DNA of 45,356 bases from Thermoanaerobaculia bacterium (GTDB lineage Bacteria > Acidobacteriota > Thermoanaerobaculia > Multivoradales > JAGPDF01). The notes beneath the pieces were generated by a model. It was not told the DNA's origin, searched no databases, and was given only the letters and a program-made list of their open reading frames with translations. Made by a program: the position numbers and the translations under genes. The stretch's first letter is position 1. Each line of letters opens with the position of its first letter. The stretch lies in the NCBI GenBank assembly GCA_039932055.1, contig JBDTQT010000002.1:1-45356 (forward strand). The letters are read 5' to 3'. Shown here in pieces: positions 43,992 to 45,356 of this stretch.

Positions 43992-45356
43992 TGATGGCCT
44001 CACGGTTTCAGAAGCTCCAGAAGACGACCGCCCGCCTGCTCCTCACCCTCGGCCTCCTGCCCACCGGGCCGGTGATGGGCCTGGGGGCCGTCGCGCCGCG
44101 GGACCTCGGGCTGCAGATCTCCGAAGTCGCACCGAAGCTCGGCCCGCACATCACGCTGACGAGCCGGACAACCAGCCTTGCGCTGGCGGAAGCGTTTGCG
44201 CGGCAAGCCGCGCGGGGGGCGTGGCGCGGCTTCGCCGCGCAGGTCGACACTGTTGGTCAATCAACGAAAGGCTTCGGTAAAGGAAAGAGGCTGCAGGAGG
44301 TGGGCGTTCGCTACGCACTCGAGACACTGAAGCGAGGCTCTTCCTTTACCAGCAAGCTTTTTTCTACCGAGTCCTCGATGTTGCTCGCAGCCACGGGCGC
44401 TCCGTCCGCCGCCCCCCGCGCCGCAGGCGCAACCGGCTCGGGCCAGGCTCCGCTGACGGATCTTCCCGAGGGCCAGATCCCGCCGCCGCCGACGCCGCCG
44501 GATTCGAATCCGATCTCACTTCCTGCCGGAGCAGCTCCGCCGGTTGCGCCTCGCGCTACGCGCTCCGGCGCGGGGGTGGGGTCCGTGCAGCCGATGGTTT
44601 CCGTTCCGGTGGTGCCGGCGTTCAATCTGCTTTCGATCAGTTGGCAGCCCAACGATCCGTCACCGGGCGCGCTCTTTCTGCCGATTCAGAGCTCGGTGCG
44701 GCGGGTCTTCGCTTTCGACGCCTGCGACACGACGGACCCGTGGAAGGTCTGGGACCCGGCGAGTCCGGGGACGTCGGATCTGACTTCGATCACGCCAGCG
44801 AAAGGCTTCTGGCTCGAAGGGCAGGGGAGCGCGACGCTTCCGGAGGGCGGCCCGGAGCCAACGACGACCTCGATCCCGCTCTGCCTGGGCTGGAATCTGA
44901 TCGGCTTCCCGGCGGCCTCGGCTCGCCCGGTCGCCACGGCGCTCGCGCCGATCGCCGGCAAGTACCTGCGCGTTTTCGGCTTCGACCCGACCGACAGCGC
45001 CGATCCGTGGGAGGTCTACGACGTCGCGGTGCCCTCGTGGGCAAATGACATGACCGAGCTTCGCCCCGGGCGCGGCTACTGGATCTACGTCACCGAAGCG
45101 ACGACGCTCGTGGTCTCGAACGAAGAGGAGTCTCCGGGCGTCGCGATTCTGTCGCCCGCCGACCTCGCCGAGGTGACCGGCCCGACGGCGATCGTCGGCA
45201 CGGTGCGCTCGGCGAATCTGCTGGACTGGCAGCTCGCCTTCCGGGCGTCGGAAGCGGCGGACTGGATTCCGCTCGCCACCGGGACCACTCCCGTCGAGGC
45301 GCAGCCGCTCGCCACCTTCGATCCCACGCAGCTCGAGAACGACCTCTACGAGGTCC
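43991..45356 (+). CDS. secreted protein of unknown function with an internally duplicated ~90-aa module and an Ig-like domain; partial, continuing past the right edge
   Basis: This ORF is missing from the track because it has no stop inside the window. Its ATG at 43991 shares one base with the giant-gene stop (TGATG). I checked all 455 codons manually and the frame is open. The N-terminus MMASRFQKLQKTTARLLLTLGLLPTGPVMGLGAVA is signal-like and is followed by a Pro-rich linker. Two paralogous modules follow: ...FNLLSISWQP...VFAFDACDTTDPWKVWDP...ITPAKGFWLEG and ...GWNLIGFPAA...VFGFDPTDSADPWEVYDV...LRPGRGYWIYV. Confidence 0.75.
   Translation, partial: MMASRFQKLQKTTARLLLTLGLLPTGPVMGLGAVAPRDLGLQISEVAPKLGPHITLTSRTTSLALAEAFARQAARGAWRGFAAQVDTVGQSTKGFGKGKRLQEVGVRYALETLKRGSSFTSKLFSTESSMLLAATGAPSAAPRAAGATGSGQAPLTDLPEGQIPPPPTPPDSNPISLPAGAAPPVAPRATRSGAGVGSVQPMVSVPVVPAFNLLSISWQPNDPSPGALFLPIQSSVRRVFAFDACDTTDPWKVWDPASPGTSDLTSITPAKGFWLEGQGSATLPEGGPEPTTTSIPLCLGWNLIGFPAASARPVATALAPIAGKYLRVFGFDPTDSADPWEVYDVAVPSWANDMTELRPGRGYWIYVTEATTLVVSNEEESPGVAILSPADLAEVTGPTAIVGTVRSANLLDWQLAFRASEAADWIPLATGTTPVEAQPLATFDPTQLENDLYEV

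Noticed and set aside
33226-45356. Diversity-generating retroelement, RTX/T1SS adhesin, or toxin-immunity/defence locus around the giant gene
   Set aside because: No reverse transcriptase, template/variable repeat pair, GGxGxD nonapeptide repeats, ABC/MFP export genes or small immunity-like ORFs are visible within the window. An RHS-like nature of the downstream ORF remains speculation.

Overview
This is a very GC-rich bacterial chromosomal segment. Real reading frames show a strong G/C preference at codon position 3, and many long Arg/Gly/Pro/Ala-rich ORFs in the six-frame track are off-frame or antisense artefacts. I support about 36 protein genes, one tRNA-Gln(UUG) and the RNase P RNA (rnpB).

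Positions 1-33,300 are densely packed housekeeping DNA with many 1-4 nt start/stop overlaps and almost no intergenic space:
- redox and lipid genes: trxB, and a psd-pssA-(Asd-like) phospholipid operon
- tRNA and repair genes: rimI-tsaB, mutS, nagZ, ssb, dtd, uvrB-uvrC
- an M50 protease and an HU/IHF gene
- a stand-alone MshEN-type (predicted c-di-GMP binding) protein
- TPR-(LolB-like)-ispE-spoVG-tRNAGln-prs-ctc-pth
- rpsF-rpsR-rplI plus a methyltransferase
- PBP1A, a DUF4388/J-like/TPR protein, rnpB, ldcA, and a cNMP-binding/FHA protein

The last 12 kb is the unusual part. A single 10.6 kb gene (33384-43991) encodes a roughly 3,535-aa Sec-signal-bearing mosaic protein. Its modules are DUF11/CARDB repeats, an integrin-alpha-like FG-GAP propeller, PKD-like modules, two thrombospondin-C-terminal-like lectin modules, Calx-beta domains, and a jelly-roll domain interrupted by two His/Asp/Gly-rich inserts.

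Its stop codon overlaps (TGATG) the start of a further ORF that is open to the right window edge and is absent from the ORF track.

I found no CRISPR array, transposase, integrase, reverse transcriptase or recognisable defence or toxin-antitoxin genes. The best candidate for something undescribed is the module formed by the cNMP/FHA regulator, the giant mosaic surface protein and its coupled partner. That link is inference from domain-level pattern recognition, not from any search.
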